The translations under genes were made by a program, and so were the position numbers. A stretch of 63,809 nucleotides of DNA, the filler included, from Octopus bimaculoides (Eukaryota): the NCBI RefSeq assembly GCF_001194135.2. It is 5 parts of 5 records of this genome, joined end to end, with 100 filler letters (N's around TTAATTAATTAA, not from the genome) between each part and the next. Parts side by side here need not be neighbours in the genome. Positions count along the whole stretch, not along the records: positions 1 to 29,899 come from NC_068994.1; positions 30,000 to 38,835 come from NC_068999.1; 3 more parts are not named here. One strand, written 5' to 3'. This document shows positions 24,930-36,845 of this stretch, in pieces. How positions within the stretch are numbered: position 1 is the stretch's first letter; each line of letters starts with the position of its first letter. The notes beneath the pieces were generated by a model. That model was not told the origin of the DNA. It searched no databases and saw only the letters and a list, made by a program, of their open reading frames with translations.

Positions 24930-25810
24930 CATACATACATGCAAACACATATATGCCTACGTATACATATACATACATACATATAAACATACATATACAC
25001 ATATATACATACATATTCAAACATAAACATACATGCATACACACATGTATATACATACATACATATACATACATATAGATATATACATACATACATATAC
25101 ATATGTATATATACATATACATATGTATACATACATACATATACATACATACATATACACATGTATATATACATATACATATACATATATATACAAACAT
25201 ATACATACAAACATATTCATACANNNNNNNNNNNNNNNNNNNNNNNNNNNNNNNNNNNNNNNNNNNNNNNNNNNNNNNNNNNNNNNNNNNNNNNNNNNNN
25301 NNNNNNNNNNNNNNNNNNNNNNNNNNNNNNNNNNNNNNNNNNNNNNNNNNNNNNNNNNNNNNNNNNNNNNNNNNNNNNNNNNNNNNNNNNNNNNNNNNNN
25401 NNNNNNNNNNNNNNNNNNNNNNNNNNNNNNNNNNNNNNNNNNNNNNNNNNNNNNNNNNNNNNNNNNNNNNNNNNNNNNNNNNNNNNNNNNNNNNNNNNNN
25501 NNNNNNNNNNNNNNNNNNNNNNNNNNNNNNNNNNNNNNNNNNNNNNNNNNNNNNNNNNNNNNNNNNNNNNNNNNNNNNNNNNNNNNNNNNNNNNNNNNNN
25601 NNNNNNNNNNNNNNNNNNNNNNNNNNNNNNNNNNNNNNNNNNNNNNNNNNNNNNNNNNNNNNNNNNNNNNNNNNNNNNNNNNNNNNNNNNNNNNNNNNNN
25701 NNNNNNNNNNNNNNNNNNNNNNNNNNNNNNNNNNNNNNNNNNNNNTCCAGGGGCACTGGCAACGATCTTACTTGGCTTGCCGGGTCTTCTCACGCACAGC
25801 ACATTTCCAA

Positions 25811-25883
25811 AGGTCTCGGTCAGTAGTCAGGTCTCGGTCAGTAGTCAGGTCTCGGTCAGTAGTCAGGTCTCGGTCAGTAGTCA
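25811..25883 (+). repeat. Four perfect tandem copies of the 18-mer aggtctcggtcagtagtc
   Basis: Units start at 25811, 25829, 25847 and 25865. Confidence 0.95.
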
Positions 25884-26219
25884 TGAATCCTCAAAACAAA
25901 AGAAGCAGATTAGGCTTTGTTGATTTCAAATATTGCCCTGCCCAATGTTTAGAACCTTGTTGCAGACATTGCAGGCTGGTCCCTGGAGCATAAACAAGTC
26001 TTTCTTACTGTCAGCAATATAGAACTTAACATACTTGGAGTCACCGGTCACCTTGAGTTGTGAACCATCATAGGGTATTCAATGTGATATGATTTAAAGT
26101 ACATAGCATTACATAACACTACATGTAACATGTAGGTAATGTGTTACATATCATATTTTATATAACAATGCATATTACAGCATACATTGTGTAACATACT
26201 GTACTACACATGACTCTGT

Positions 26220-26505
26220 AGCTGGCTGCTCTCATGAAGATTCCTGTTGAGTCAATCAATGGAACTGCCTCCTCATGAAATTGACATGCATGTGGCCGAG
26301 CACTCCACAGACATGTGTACTCTTGGCAAAGTTCTCTCACTGTGGCACAAACTGTGACAAGGCTGACCCTTTCAATTACATCTGCCGAGTGGACAGGAAC
26401 AACATGAAATAAAGTATCTTGCTCAAGGACACGACACACACCACCAGGAGTTGAACTCACAACCTTACAGTTGTGAGCCAAATGCTGTAACCACTAAGCC
26501 AAATA
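26220..26505 (-). mobile_element. tRNA-derived SINE (family C/D-like), degenerate
   Basis: The reverse complement begins tggcttagtggttacagc...gtgagttcaactcc...ccttgagcaagatactttatttcatgttg, like the head at 40401. Confidence 0.65.
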
Positions 26506-27213
26506 CTTTCTCATTGCTTTGTAATACTCAAAATATGGTAACACTTAATGAAATGCGCTGATAGGAAGTGGCCCCTGTTAGTGGCCCCTGTGCTATGTCG
26601 ATGGTGCAGCTTGAAACATGAAGTCCTTCATTAATAGTGCCGGAATCATTTAGTAGGAGCAAGGGTCACAGTTGTGATGTAGTGAAGTACATGCCATGCC
26701 AGGTGTCTCACAATAGTTTTGTTGACATCAGTAAATATGATAGATGTATGCTGTGTCACAGTTATGTGACTATGATGTAGTGGCATTGATGACATGTCAT
26801 AGAAATATGACTGATGTAGAGGCCATAAAACAAACACACACTCACACTTACACTACACTACACACGCACACATATCCAAAGAGGCATAATAGCAGGTACA
26901 CACACATGCACACACACACACACACACACAAACACACACATGCACAAACACTCACATGCACAAACATACAGACACTCACACATAAATATACACAAACATA
27001 CACATTCATGCACACACAAACACACACATGCACAAACACACACTCACACACACATCCAAAGAGGCATAATGGCAGGTACACACACACACCACACACCACA
27101 CATACATGTGCACACACACACACACACACAAACACTCACATGCACAAACATATACACTCACACACAAACACATACATGCACAAACACACACACACACAAA
27201 TGCACCGACATGC

Positions 27214-27250
<37 letters not shown>

Positions 27251-27328
27251 GGTGACAATGATGGCAATGAGGAAGAGAGATGTCAATGTGTAAATAATGT
27301 TCATTGTTAATGAGAGATTGGTGCCAGA

Positions 27329-27575
27329 TAAGGGTCAGGGTTAGGGTTANNNNNNNNNNNNNNNNNNNNNNNNNNNNNNNNNNNNNNNNNNNNNNNNNNN
27401 NNNNNNNNNNNNNNNNNNNNNNNNNNNNNNNNNNNNNNNNNNNNNNNNNNNNNNNNNNNNNNNNNNNNNNNNNNNNNNNNNNNNNNNNNNNNNNNNNNNN
27501 NNNNNNNNNNNNNNNNNNNNNNNNNNNNNNNNNNNNNNNNNNNNNNNNNNNNNNNNNNNNNNNNNNNNNNGGGTA
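27329..27575 (+). repeat. Telomere-like (TTAGGG) units running into an assembly gap
   Basis: taagggtcagggttagggtta before the gap and ggg after it; only about 3 units are visible. Confidence 0.35.
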
Positions 27576-27692
27576 GAGACGAGGAGGAGGAGGAAGAGGA
27601 ATAGGGGAAGAGGAGGAGGCAGGAGATAGTGATGTCTGTTTCTATTTGGATGTGAATACATACCTGTAAATGTGTGAGTATATGACTGTGTG

Positions 27693-27731
<39 letters not shown>

Positions 27732-28399
27732 CTGAATTTACAAACAGGGAAGTACAAACGAGTGTGTAATTACTTTTATTACACTGATGAGTTTACTCAA
27801 TGTTGAGTTTTGCTTCTCTAAGTATGATCAGTGAGGGACCATGAAACTCAGGGTTGCAAACTCAGTACCATTACACACACACACACACACACACACATAC
27901 ACACACATGGAAGGTGGATATTAAACAATGATGAGGAAAAAGACATCAAAAACCATGGCAGGATGAGTATCTCAAGTCATTCTAATAGTTTAATTAGGAT
28001 GAGGTTAATTTGAAGTCTTACAGCTGTTTCTGGGATATCCCAAGTGACAGGTTAGCATCTCCATTCCATCATCAGAAACAAAGTGAGTATGTATGAAAGT
28101 TCCAGACAAGGAAATTCACAGTTTATAAGGAATAAAACTAGAAGAATAAAGAGTAAAAGTGTAGAGAATAATACAGACAGGAGAATAAAAGTTCACGATT
28201 CATCTTTTTCCAGAAGGTATGGAGGTTGGTCCATACTTCCATGAAGGTATAAGCCCTTAGGTATAATCCCAGGTAGATCCAGGCAGTATTTTGAATGTTG
28301 CGTTCATGTTGATTAAGTGATCAGCCAGTGTACAAATGGTCCATGCTTTATATATATACACAAATGTATACACACATACCTGTATACATTGATATAAAT

Positions 28400-28640
28400 A
28401 GCTGCAAGTTGGTGGCAGCAAGGAAAACGGGGATTCAAGAGGGTTGATGATTTATGGTGGAAGGACTGGAGAAAAAAGGGGTCTGTGAGGGTTTGGGAGG
28501 TGTGAATGCAATATAGCTGAGAGAGTGATGGGTGGGGAGTTTGTGAGTGGGAGTGGTATGAAGCCTGCCAGATGTGGGGAGAAGAGGCTATTGTAGTAGT
28601 GATAAATAGACAGTGAGTGGACACAGCAGGTCAGTAACAA
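28400..28640 (-). mobile_element. Possible CR1/L2/Jockey-type LINE 3' coding-end relic
   Basis: The minus frames give SLSIYHYYNSLFSPHLAGFIPLPL and FFLQSFHHKSSTLLNP, resembling LINE ORF2 C-terminal motifs. Confidence 0.4.
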
Positions 28641-30089
28641 CCAAAATAGGAAATGATCACATGCACTACATATTATCTATCACTGCTTGCTTGATCTACT
28701 AAAAACAGTAGCCAAATTTCCCTTCATATCTCATTCTATTAAGAAGGAATAAAAAAGGAGTCACCAAGATTCACTGGAGCCACATAAAAAGCAACCAGTA
28801 CAACATTCTGTGGTTGGCAAAGCATCCAGCCATAGAAACCCTGCCAAAACAAACAAATGGAGTCTGGTGCAGCTCTCCAGCCTCGCCAGCTCCTGTCAAA
28901 CCGTCCAACCCATGCCAGCAAGGAAAACGGACGGTAAATGATGATGATGATGATGTAATGGTGTAATGATGCCTGAAAAAAAAAGATGGGGTGGTCATGA
29001 TTGGAATGTCTTTAATCAAGAGTAAACTTGAGCAGGGCTAACCTGGGTGTTGCACCACAAGAAATTAGAGAAATATCCTCAAGCCCTTACCCACGTCCCT
29101 AATGCTCACATCTTACAAAACACCAAAGAGAATGAAAGCCCCGCTCATAAATCTCCTCCAACCAACAGCACAGGATTAGAATCATCACCAGGGATTCGCC
29201 ATAGCAACAGCGTTCGTCCAGCTTCTGACGGCCAAAACACACACACAACGTCCTTACATCTCTCTCAGTATTTCCACTTATTTGCAAAATGAAAATAGGA
29301 ATTTCTGATGTGTTTCTCCGTTTTTTTTTTTTTGTATTTAATTCTCTGATGTATGATTCTCAATAAATCCTGGCTAATGTCCCTAAGATTGTGAATGTAT
29401 TGGCAACAACACGTGCCAAAGTGGCACATTTTGAGTTTTAGATCTTTCAACAACTGTACAGAAGAGAAGAATCTTGGAGTTTCACAGAAGAAGCATTAAA
29501 TATATTAACTGGACACATGAGGCTTATTAATTATTCATTTATATACATACATATATCCATATATATATATATATAATAATATTATTAGGGACAAAATCCA
29601 AAATTACAGGTAAAAAACTCAATTAAAATCAATTTATAAAAAATTAAAATTAAATTGAGCCTTATAGATAAAGTATATATAAAATATATATAGTTTTAGG
29701 GAAAATAACCAATTTTCAGGAACTCATCGATGAAAATCCACTATCACATACAGAAAAATTAATAATTAAAAGCACAATAAATGAGTATAATATAAAGTAA
29801 AGTAAATATCATAAGATAAATATAATAAAAATATTACACGTGTTTCATAACCAATTTTCAAATAGAAAAGAAATTTAAATCGATTAAAATCAATTGAAAN
29901 NNNNNNNNNNNNNNNNNNNNNNNNNNNNNNNNNNNNNNNNNNNTTAATTAATTAANNNNNNNNNNNNNNNNNNNNNNNNNNNNNNNNNNNNNNNNNNNNA
30001 ATTATCAAACTTTGAATACCTGTAATATTTTGGCAAATTTTTTCTGGAATAAATGAATAACAAATTCGGATTCAGCGTCAAAATTACAT

Positions 30090-30780
30090 CTATATGATAG
30101 ATTAAAATTTTTTTTATAGATTTCGACATGCTGTGACGAAAACCACAAAGATCCCCCAAGACTCCAACAACAATAGACTCAGCGCTCACCTTCTTCAGTG
30201 ACCACAATATTTTTAATTCCCACTGTAAATCATCGTATCTGACTTGTTTCTTTTCTTCTCTTTCCGATTCTCTGGTATTACCAGGACATGCAATATCTAC
30301 GATTAAACACACTTATCCATTCTTTATTTACAACCATTATATCCGGCCTCAAGTGTTCAATTTCATGATCACATTGGCTCATTTACATCTCACTGTAGTT
30401 TTACCTTATCATTCTCGATTACTCATGGTGTTTGCCTATACCAGGTCTTTGTTCTATCCAATCTTCACTTGCAATACCTCTCCCAATGAGTCATTCCTTT
30501 CACATAAGCGTTTGGGCCAGTTTCGTGAAGTCATTCGTTATATGCCATACAGCCTCTCTCACACTGATCACTGCAAAACCTGACCTTGTCCCTTTCTGCA
30601 TGTGCTTTTCCAAACGCTACACAGATAAAGTCGTGGACTTCAGATCACTCTCCCTTAACCAGTGCCACCTTCCATCGGCATTTGTTTTCCTGTTCAGCTC
30701 TCACGCAAACTGCCCACACATCATTTTTCTATTCCATTTTCTTTCGTCTCCCTTACTTTTTTTTTTCTTTGTACTGTGCT
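30090..30780 (-). mobile_element. R4/Dong-like non-LTR retrotransposon C-terminal region with restriction-like endonuclease
   Basis: The ORF 29944..30312 contains CLIVDIACPGNTRESEREEKKQVRYDDLQWELKILWSLKKV...IVVGVLG. Upstream frames give CDHEIEHLRPDIMVVNKE and WNRKMMCGQFA...WHWLRESDLK, consistent with the PD-(D/E)xK RLE domain. Confidence 0.8.
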
Positions 30781-30969
30781 ATTTCCACGACAGGGCCTGT
30801 CCTGGCAATACCAGATATCCTCACGGGAACCAGTACGGGTTCTATGACACTCATGATACACCACACCAACCTGTTTTATTCTAAGCATATACAACTTACA
30901 CTACTGATTAGCCCTCGCCCGTTTTTTGTACCTGATAAGATACAGCCTTTCAATGGTGTTCTTGAAGTG

Positions 30970-31200
30970 GAGGCGGCGAGCTGGCAGAGTGGTTAGCACG
31001 CCAGGAAAATGCTTAGCGGCATTTCGTTCGTCTTTACGTTCTGAGTTCAAATTCCGCCGAGGTCGACTTTGCCTTTAATCTTTTTCGAGTTCGATGAAAT
31101 AAGTACCAGTTAAGCAGTGGGAGGGGGTGGGCATCTAATCGACTCACCCCCATCCTGCGTAAATGCTGGCCTTGTGCCAAAATTTGAAACCATTATCATT
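30970..31200 (+). mobile_element. SINE family A, near full length
   Basis: ggcggcgagctggcagagtggttagcacgcc (A-box-like)...gagttcaaattccgccgaggtcgactttgcc (B-box-like). Confidence 0.85.
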
Positions 31201-31256
31201 ATCATTCAGTTCCCAGGTCATCGATATTGGCTCTCGTTCAAAATAAGTTACACGAA

Positions 31257-31304
<48 letters not shown>

Positions 31305-31319
31305 CTGACAATCCTTTCT

Positions 31320-31520
31320 ACTATAGGCACAAGGCCTAAAATTTGATGGAGGAGGCCAGTCGATTAGATCGACCCCAGTACGCAACTGGTACTTGATTTA
31401 TCGACCCCGAAAGTATGAAAGCAAAGTCAACCTCGGCGGAATTTGAACTCAGAATGTAGCAGCAGACGAAATACCGCTAAGCATTTCGCCCGGCGTGCTA
31501 ACGTTTCTGCCAGCTCGCCT
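31320..31520 (-). mobile_element. SINE family A
   Basis: Reverse complement of the 30970 copy; CpGs retained. Confidence 0.85.
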
Positions 31521-32834
31521 TTTTTGTATGTGTGTGTGTGTGTGTGTTTGACAATACGACAAATGTGTTCGTAGTCTACAGAAAGAATGGACGATTTCCA
31601 AGGCTGTGGTCTTATATTTCTGCTATTCATTAAAAGAAAAAGATTTCAGCAAACCATGGCGGGTTGCTATGATATTTTAGGCATGTGAAATTTTATCAAC
31701 ATATTTTTTAAAGCAAATATGTAAAATATTGTCGCAGTAACTACAACCATAAAATATTGTCATTAATGTCCTATAACAATGACAGGAGCAGCAGTAGTAG
31801 TAGCAAGATAAACAACATACTTGCACGAAAACAATCTTTAAAATATTTAATCGCTTCCCCAGGAGCAATGAAAATAGTTGTTTTGTGGGTGACATAATCA
31901 ACCAGTTAAACAAGGTTTTAACGACCTCTTTTAAATACATATAAAATGACTCACTTCGGAACGTTTTCTTCATAAGTAGCCTATATCTTTCTTATAACTA
32001 TTTTGTCCCATTCAAGACAACTATAAAACTATAGCAAAACTAAGATTATTTTTAGATGCGGCTGACATACGAGTATCGTCCTGGGTTTATAATCATGCTG
32101 TTTGGAATTTTGTTCATTCTTTTCGATCGGAATGAAGAAGAAAAAAACTTGCTTCCCAACCAAACCACATGGCCCTGGATCTAGTCTCACTGCGTGGCAT
32201 ATTGGACCAAGTGTCTTTTATTATAGCCTCCTTGATAAGGAGAGTCCTTTACGTTGAACACCACGCGAAACATAAGTCAAGGACAACGCATATCAGAAGA
32301 CGGCTGAACTCAGTGAGGTCAACAGCGAACGAGCTAGGAGTGAGAGACACGTAGTGTTCGTTTAGACATCTCTCTCAAATCCTTACATTATCTAGAGAGT
32401 GGGATTAGTTCTGTGCAAATCATTTATCCTTCATTCTTTTCTTTGTTACTGTCATTAGACTGCGGCCATGCTGGAGCATCGCCTTGAAGATTTTTTAAAT
32501 CGCTTCTTCTCTCGGCTATCAACATCCAGTGGTTCTGTGCTCACTTCAGACACAACCATCGCTTCAGTTTTATCATCTCTATTACGCATTGCATATTACT
32601 GTTTTGGGGAAAACACTCAATGAAAACTTCCGGGATGGAATGAAAGCATGTGTTGGCATAAGTGGTAACACTCGTTGAGCATCTGCTGTAAGAGGCACCC
32701 ATTGTTGCTGCATCTATGCAAAGAAATGTAAACTCCTTCTCCGCTAGCAGGACTTAAAGTTACTACATCTGTTTTGCTCGAAATCCAATTGCAGCCATCG
32801 TTTCTTTAATATAGCTTGTATGAGGGTGTGAAAA

Positions 32835-33050
32835 CGAACTGTGAGAATCATTAGCACGCCAGCCAAAGTACTTAGCGGCATTTCGTCCGTCTGTATGTTC
32901 CAAGTTCAAATTCCGCCGGGGGGAAGCGATTTGGCCTTTCATCTTTTCGGTGGAGGTGGGGGCGATAAAATAACTACCAGTTAAGCACTGGGCTCGATGT
33001 AATCGACTCACCCCCTCTCACAAACTTGCTGGCCCTGTGCCAAAATTTGT
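32835..33050 (+). mobile_element. SINE family A
   Basis: ttagcacgcc...cttagcggcatttcgtccg...agttcaaattccgcc. Confidence 0.75.
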
Positions 33051-33906
33051 TAAACAAATATAGTTTTTAAGTGTATGATAAAAACACGCGTGTGCGTGTG
33101 TGTGCGTGTGCGTGTGTGTGTTTACATGATGTGTGCTGTTTGAATAACATTTCAGTTATTCTCCTCCCTCCCTTTCTACTGTCTATCTTTCAACATGTTT
33201 TTTTTTGTTAGTTTCTTTGTAAATTTGTTTTTTTAATTGTTTTGTTTTTGTCTTTTTGTTCTTTTTTCTTTTTTAATCTCGTACTCAAGTGTTAGGTTCC
33301 TGCTTTCCTCACGAATTCAAATTGGTTCAATTGTCAGAAATATTTGTCAAACACTTATTTGGACGAATCCCAAGTGAGAACTACTGACCACGCCCAACGT
33401 CTACAGAATTTCAAGCCTTTTCATTTCCCTTGAATTGCCTACTCAGTGACGACCACAGCTCTGCAATGGAGACAATATCTACCAGAGATCCTATAATATA
33501 AATCAAGGAAAGTTCCACTTAAACTGCTTTTTCCGTTGTTTGTCCTCCAGCCCATCTTTATCAGCAAATACATCACACTGGGTTAATTGTCTCGGCATTG
33601 CGCTAGTATTTTCCATTCTCCTTGAGACTGACCTCTTGGTTGTTAACATCTATTCTTCATAAAATAACTGCACTTTTGTCTGATCCTTCCCATAACCAAA
33701 CAACTGTATGAGACCGCTCCCAACGTCGATCTATGGTATAAAAACGCCTTGTATTTTTAAGTCATCTGAATTTTGTAGGTAGAAGACATCGATTTAGCTA
33801 AATAAGGGGAAAAAAATTTGGAAGCGGTGCTCTTCATGCCCTTTCCCAAAGTATGTATTAGCACAAAGCAAGTCTATCATGACACTAATCCGCCTGTACT
33901 CTATAA

Positions 33907-34174
33907 CAGGGATCCCCAGCCGTCGAGCCGCGAACCAGTGCCGAGCCGTGCAGAAAGAATATATTGTTAAACTGTATTTTATTGGCTATCGCAGTCTGGT
34001 GGGTGTTTTTGCATTATAAATATATTATATATGTAACATATATGTAATATATAGTATGTAGTTTATTGTATTTATTTTATTGTGTTTTGTTAGGTGCATG
34101 ATCCCCAAGACTGTGGGAAAATTGTCTTGCATGAAGCCAGTTCGTGGTGCAAAATGAAAGGGTGGAGACCGCAG
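33907..34174. mobile_element. Probable hAT-type MITE
   Basis: Ends cagggatccccag...gggtggagaccgcag resemble hAT terminal inverted repeats. The 8-bp flanks ctctataa / ctctacgc partly match. Confidence 0.45.
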
Positions 34175-34249
34175 CTCTACGCCATTTACTGAAGTTATCA
34201 ATAATCACAGCTGTTCTAGGTAGACTACTACAGGTTATGAGATTAAAGA

Positions 34250-34445
34250 TTAGTCCGATGGTGGTGTGTTTACGTCCCCGTAACCTAGCGGTTCGGCAAA
34301 AGGGGCCGATAGAATAAGGCTTACAAAGAATAAGTCTTACAAAGAATAAGTCCTGGGGTCGATTTGCTTGACTAAAGGCGGTGCTCCATCATGGCCGCAG
34401 TTAAATGACTGAAACAAGTAAAAGAGTAAAAGAGTAAATGAAAAA
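34250..34445 (+). mobile_element. SINE family B, 3' half, CpGs intact
   Basis: gtgtttacgtccccgtaacctagcggttcggcaaaag...ggccgcagttaaatgactgaaacaagtaaaagag. Confidence 0.85.
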
Positions 34446-34609
34446 GAAAATTTATCTGGCAACCCAAAACATAGGTACATATGTCAGTGCCTGCTTGAAG
34501 ACCTTTGGACGTGGTGGTGTGCTGCGGTAGCGAACTAGAAATCATGTGACTGCGGCGTGGACTTCTTAACCAGACAGTCATACTTGCGCCAGATGTTTTC
34601 TCAAAGCTT

Positions 34610-34695
34610 ACTTACCGAACAACGTGGTATTATAGAGAAATATTTTAACGGTTCTGGGGGCTTGAAGTGGTTGACAAACAGTAGGGGAATAGAAC

Positions 34696-34793
<98 letters not shown>

Positions 34794-34930
34794 AGAGAGA
34801 GAGAGAGAGAGAGAGAGGGGGGAGACAGACAGATAGTGTATGCGTGCGTGTGTGTGCATGTGTATGCGTGCGTGCTTGCGTGAAGTCGTTTTGCGGACGT
34901 GTGAAAGTGTGTAGTGGGAAAATATCTTGA
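34610..34930 (-). promoter_or_regulatory. Candidate non-coding first exon/promoter region ending in a consensus donor
   Basis: Minus-strand TCG|GTAAGTAAG donor (exon end 34616), preceded by unique sequence, a (CT)n tract and CpG-rich flanks. The link to the Pcdh is inferred from strand only. Confidence 0.3.
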
Positions 34931-35709
34931 AAAAGCAAAGCAAATATTACCGACTTTATTTGCCTGTTATTATTATATAATGTGGCCTTTCTTTTTTTCT
35001 TTTTTTTTTGACAGAGATTCAGCTGCTATTTCTAGCTATTTCTAAAGACCACTTAGAGACCCACCCACGCCACCTCTGTTTTATTCAATGGTTGCATCGG
35101 TGATAAACATCGGTGATTGCAACCATCTGCCTCAATATTACAATGCACTTTTGTACACAAAGTAACTTTGACAGCCATTCACCACCTCGCGTTCCCTTTG
35201 GGCGTGGTCTTCTCGGTGACTCATCTTGTTTTCCCGCCATTTTTACTGCATCTGCTGTAACCCAATCTGTTTATTGCCACCACCCATGTTCCACAGGAAA
35301 TGTTCATAAGTATCATCGTCATCATCATCATCATCGTCATCATCATCATCATCGTCATCATCGTCATCATTATCACCATCATCATCGTCAAGTGGAAACA
35401 ATATTTTTTGGTATTATATAAAGCTTTCGTTCTGTTGCATGGATTCCTGTCAGTTTCGCAGACAGAAGTCTTCCATCAATCGCGTTAACGGTATGGTTGC
35501 TTACCAGAAATATCGATTGTGGTCATTTTAATATCCATTTATCTCAACGACTTTAGCTTGCCAGAGCAATAAAAAAATAATAAAAACTTCATTGTGTTTA
35601 TTTACATTGACCTTGAGATTTCATAAACTGCCAATGAGTTTGCTGGACAGCAATATCTCTGGTCACAATTTTCATTCACCTGGTGTGACGTTTGTGACTG
35701 GCTGATAGG

Positions 35710-35880
35710 CGCGGGTGTGGCTGTGTGGCAAGAAGCTTGCTTCCCAACCACATGGTTCCGGGTTCAGTATCACTGCGTGACACCTTGAGCAAGTGTCTTC
35801 TACTATAGCCACTGGCCGATCCATACCTTATGAGTATATTTTGTTGACGGAAACTGAAAGAAGCTCGTTATATATATATG
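35710..35880 (+). mobile_element. SINE family B head
   Basis: tggctgtgtggcaagaagcttgcttcccaaccacatggttccgggttcag...ggaaactgaaagaagctcgt followed by (TA)n. Confidence 0.85.
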
Positions 35881-35885
35881 TATAG

Positions 35886-35917
<32 letters not shown>

Positions 35918-36127
35918 ATTTNNNNNNNNNNNNNNNNNNNNNNNNNNNNNNNNNNNNNNNNNNNNNNNNNNNNNNNNNNNNNNNNNNNNNNNNNNNNNNN
36001 NNNNNNNNNNNNNNNNNNNNNNNNNNNNNNNNNNNNNNNNNNNNNNNNNNNNNNNNNNNNNNNNNNNNNNNNNNNNNNNNNNNNNNNNNNNNNNNNNNNN
36101 NNNNNNNNNNNNNNNNNNNNNNNNNNN

Positions 36128-36158
<31 letters not shown>

Positions 36159-36499
36159 CCACTTGCCTGAGTTGTCAAATTCTAGTGTGAAAAAATGAAT
36201 CAATAGAACTCGTTGATATTTCATAATCTGTGTCCCTGGCTGTTTTATAGGTCACACGTGGCTAGCCCAGACACCGCAAAAAGCCGAGAGAAACACCACA
36301 AGGCATTTTGTCTTATATAAAGTATTTATATCAGCAATGGCCTCACTAAACATCACATTAGTAATCTCCGATAACATAGTCACAGTAAACAAACACTTAA
36401 TCAGAAATTTTTCAAATACCTGACATTCTAAACTCACTCGGAGGAGACAGTCGCATAAAATTAGAAATAAGCATCTTACATTTGGACTCAGAAATGTTT

Positions 36500-36845
36500 C
36501 TTTCTGCGATGGGCACAAAGCCTGAAATTTGGGCTCAACTGGTACTTATTTTATCGGCCCCGAAAGGATGGAAAACGAAGCAAAGTCGATCCCGGAGTTA
36601 TTCAAATTCAGAACGTAAAACCGAAGAAACATCGCTGAACATTTTGTCTGTCGTGTTAAAGATTTTGCCAGCTCACCGTCTTGGGTCCACAAGTAATATT
36701 CCTGTCTACTTTAAGCACGGGGCGTGAAATTTTAGAGGTGGGAGCTAATCGATTACATCGACCCCAGTGCTCAGCTGATACTTATTCTATCAACCCTGAA
36801 AGAATGAAAGGAAGAGTCGACTTCGGCGGAATTTGAACTCAGATA
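36500..36845 (-). mobile_element. Two adjacent SINE family A copies
   Basis: Two reverse-complement bodies, each containing ggtactt...ttatc...cgaaagg/gaatg...gtcga...tttgaactc/ttcaaattc. Confidence 0.7.

Noticed and set aside
26874-27090. Duplicated 30-bp core (atccaaagaggcataat.gcaggtac) 180 bp apart
   Set aside because: Embedded in (CA)n; readily explained by slippage or unequal exchange.
29944-29955. Isolated TTAATTAATTAA between N runs (also 38880-38891, 59595-59606, 61558-61569)
   Set aside because: An identical palindrome giving stops in all six frames, always embedded in Ns: a scaffolding spacer, not biology.
30269-30816. ACPGNTR encoded on both strands (22-nt inverted match with 3 mismatches)
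   Set aside because: Short, and both sites lie within or beside one retrotransposon relic. The similarity does not extend, so it is probably chance.
35055-35085. Possible CTCF/CSE-like motif, by analogy with vertebrate Pcdh promoters
   Set aside because: Only 8 of 13 positions match the CTCF core.
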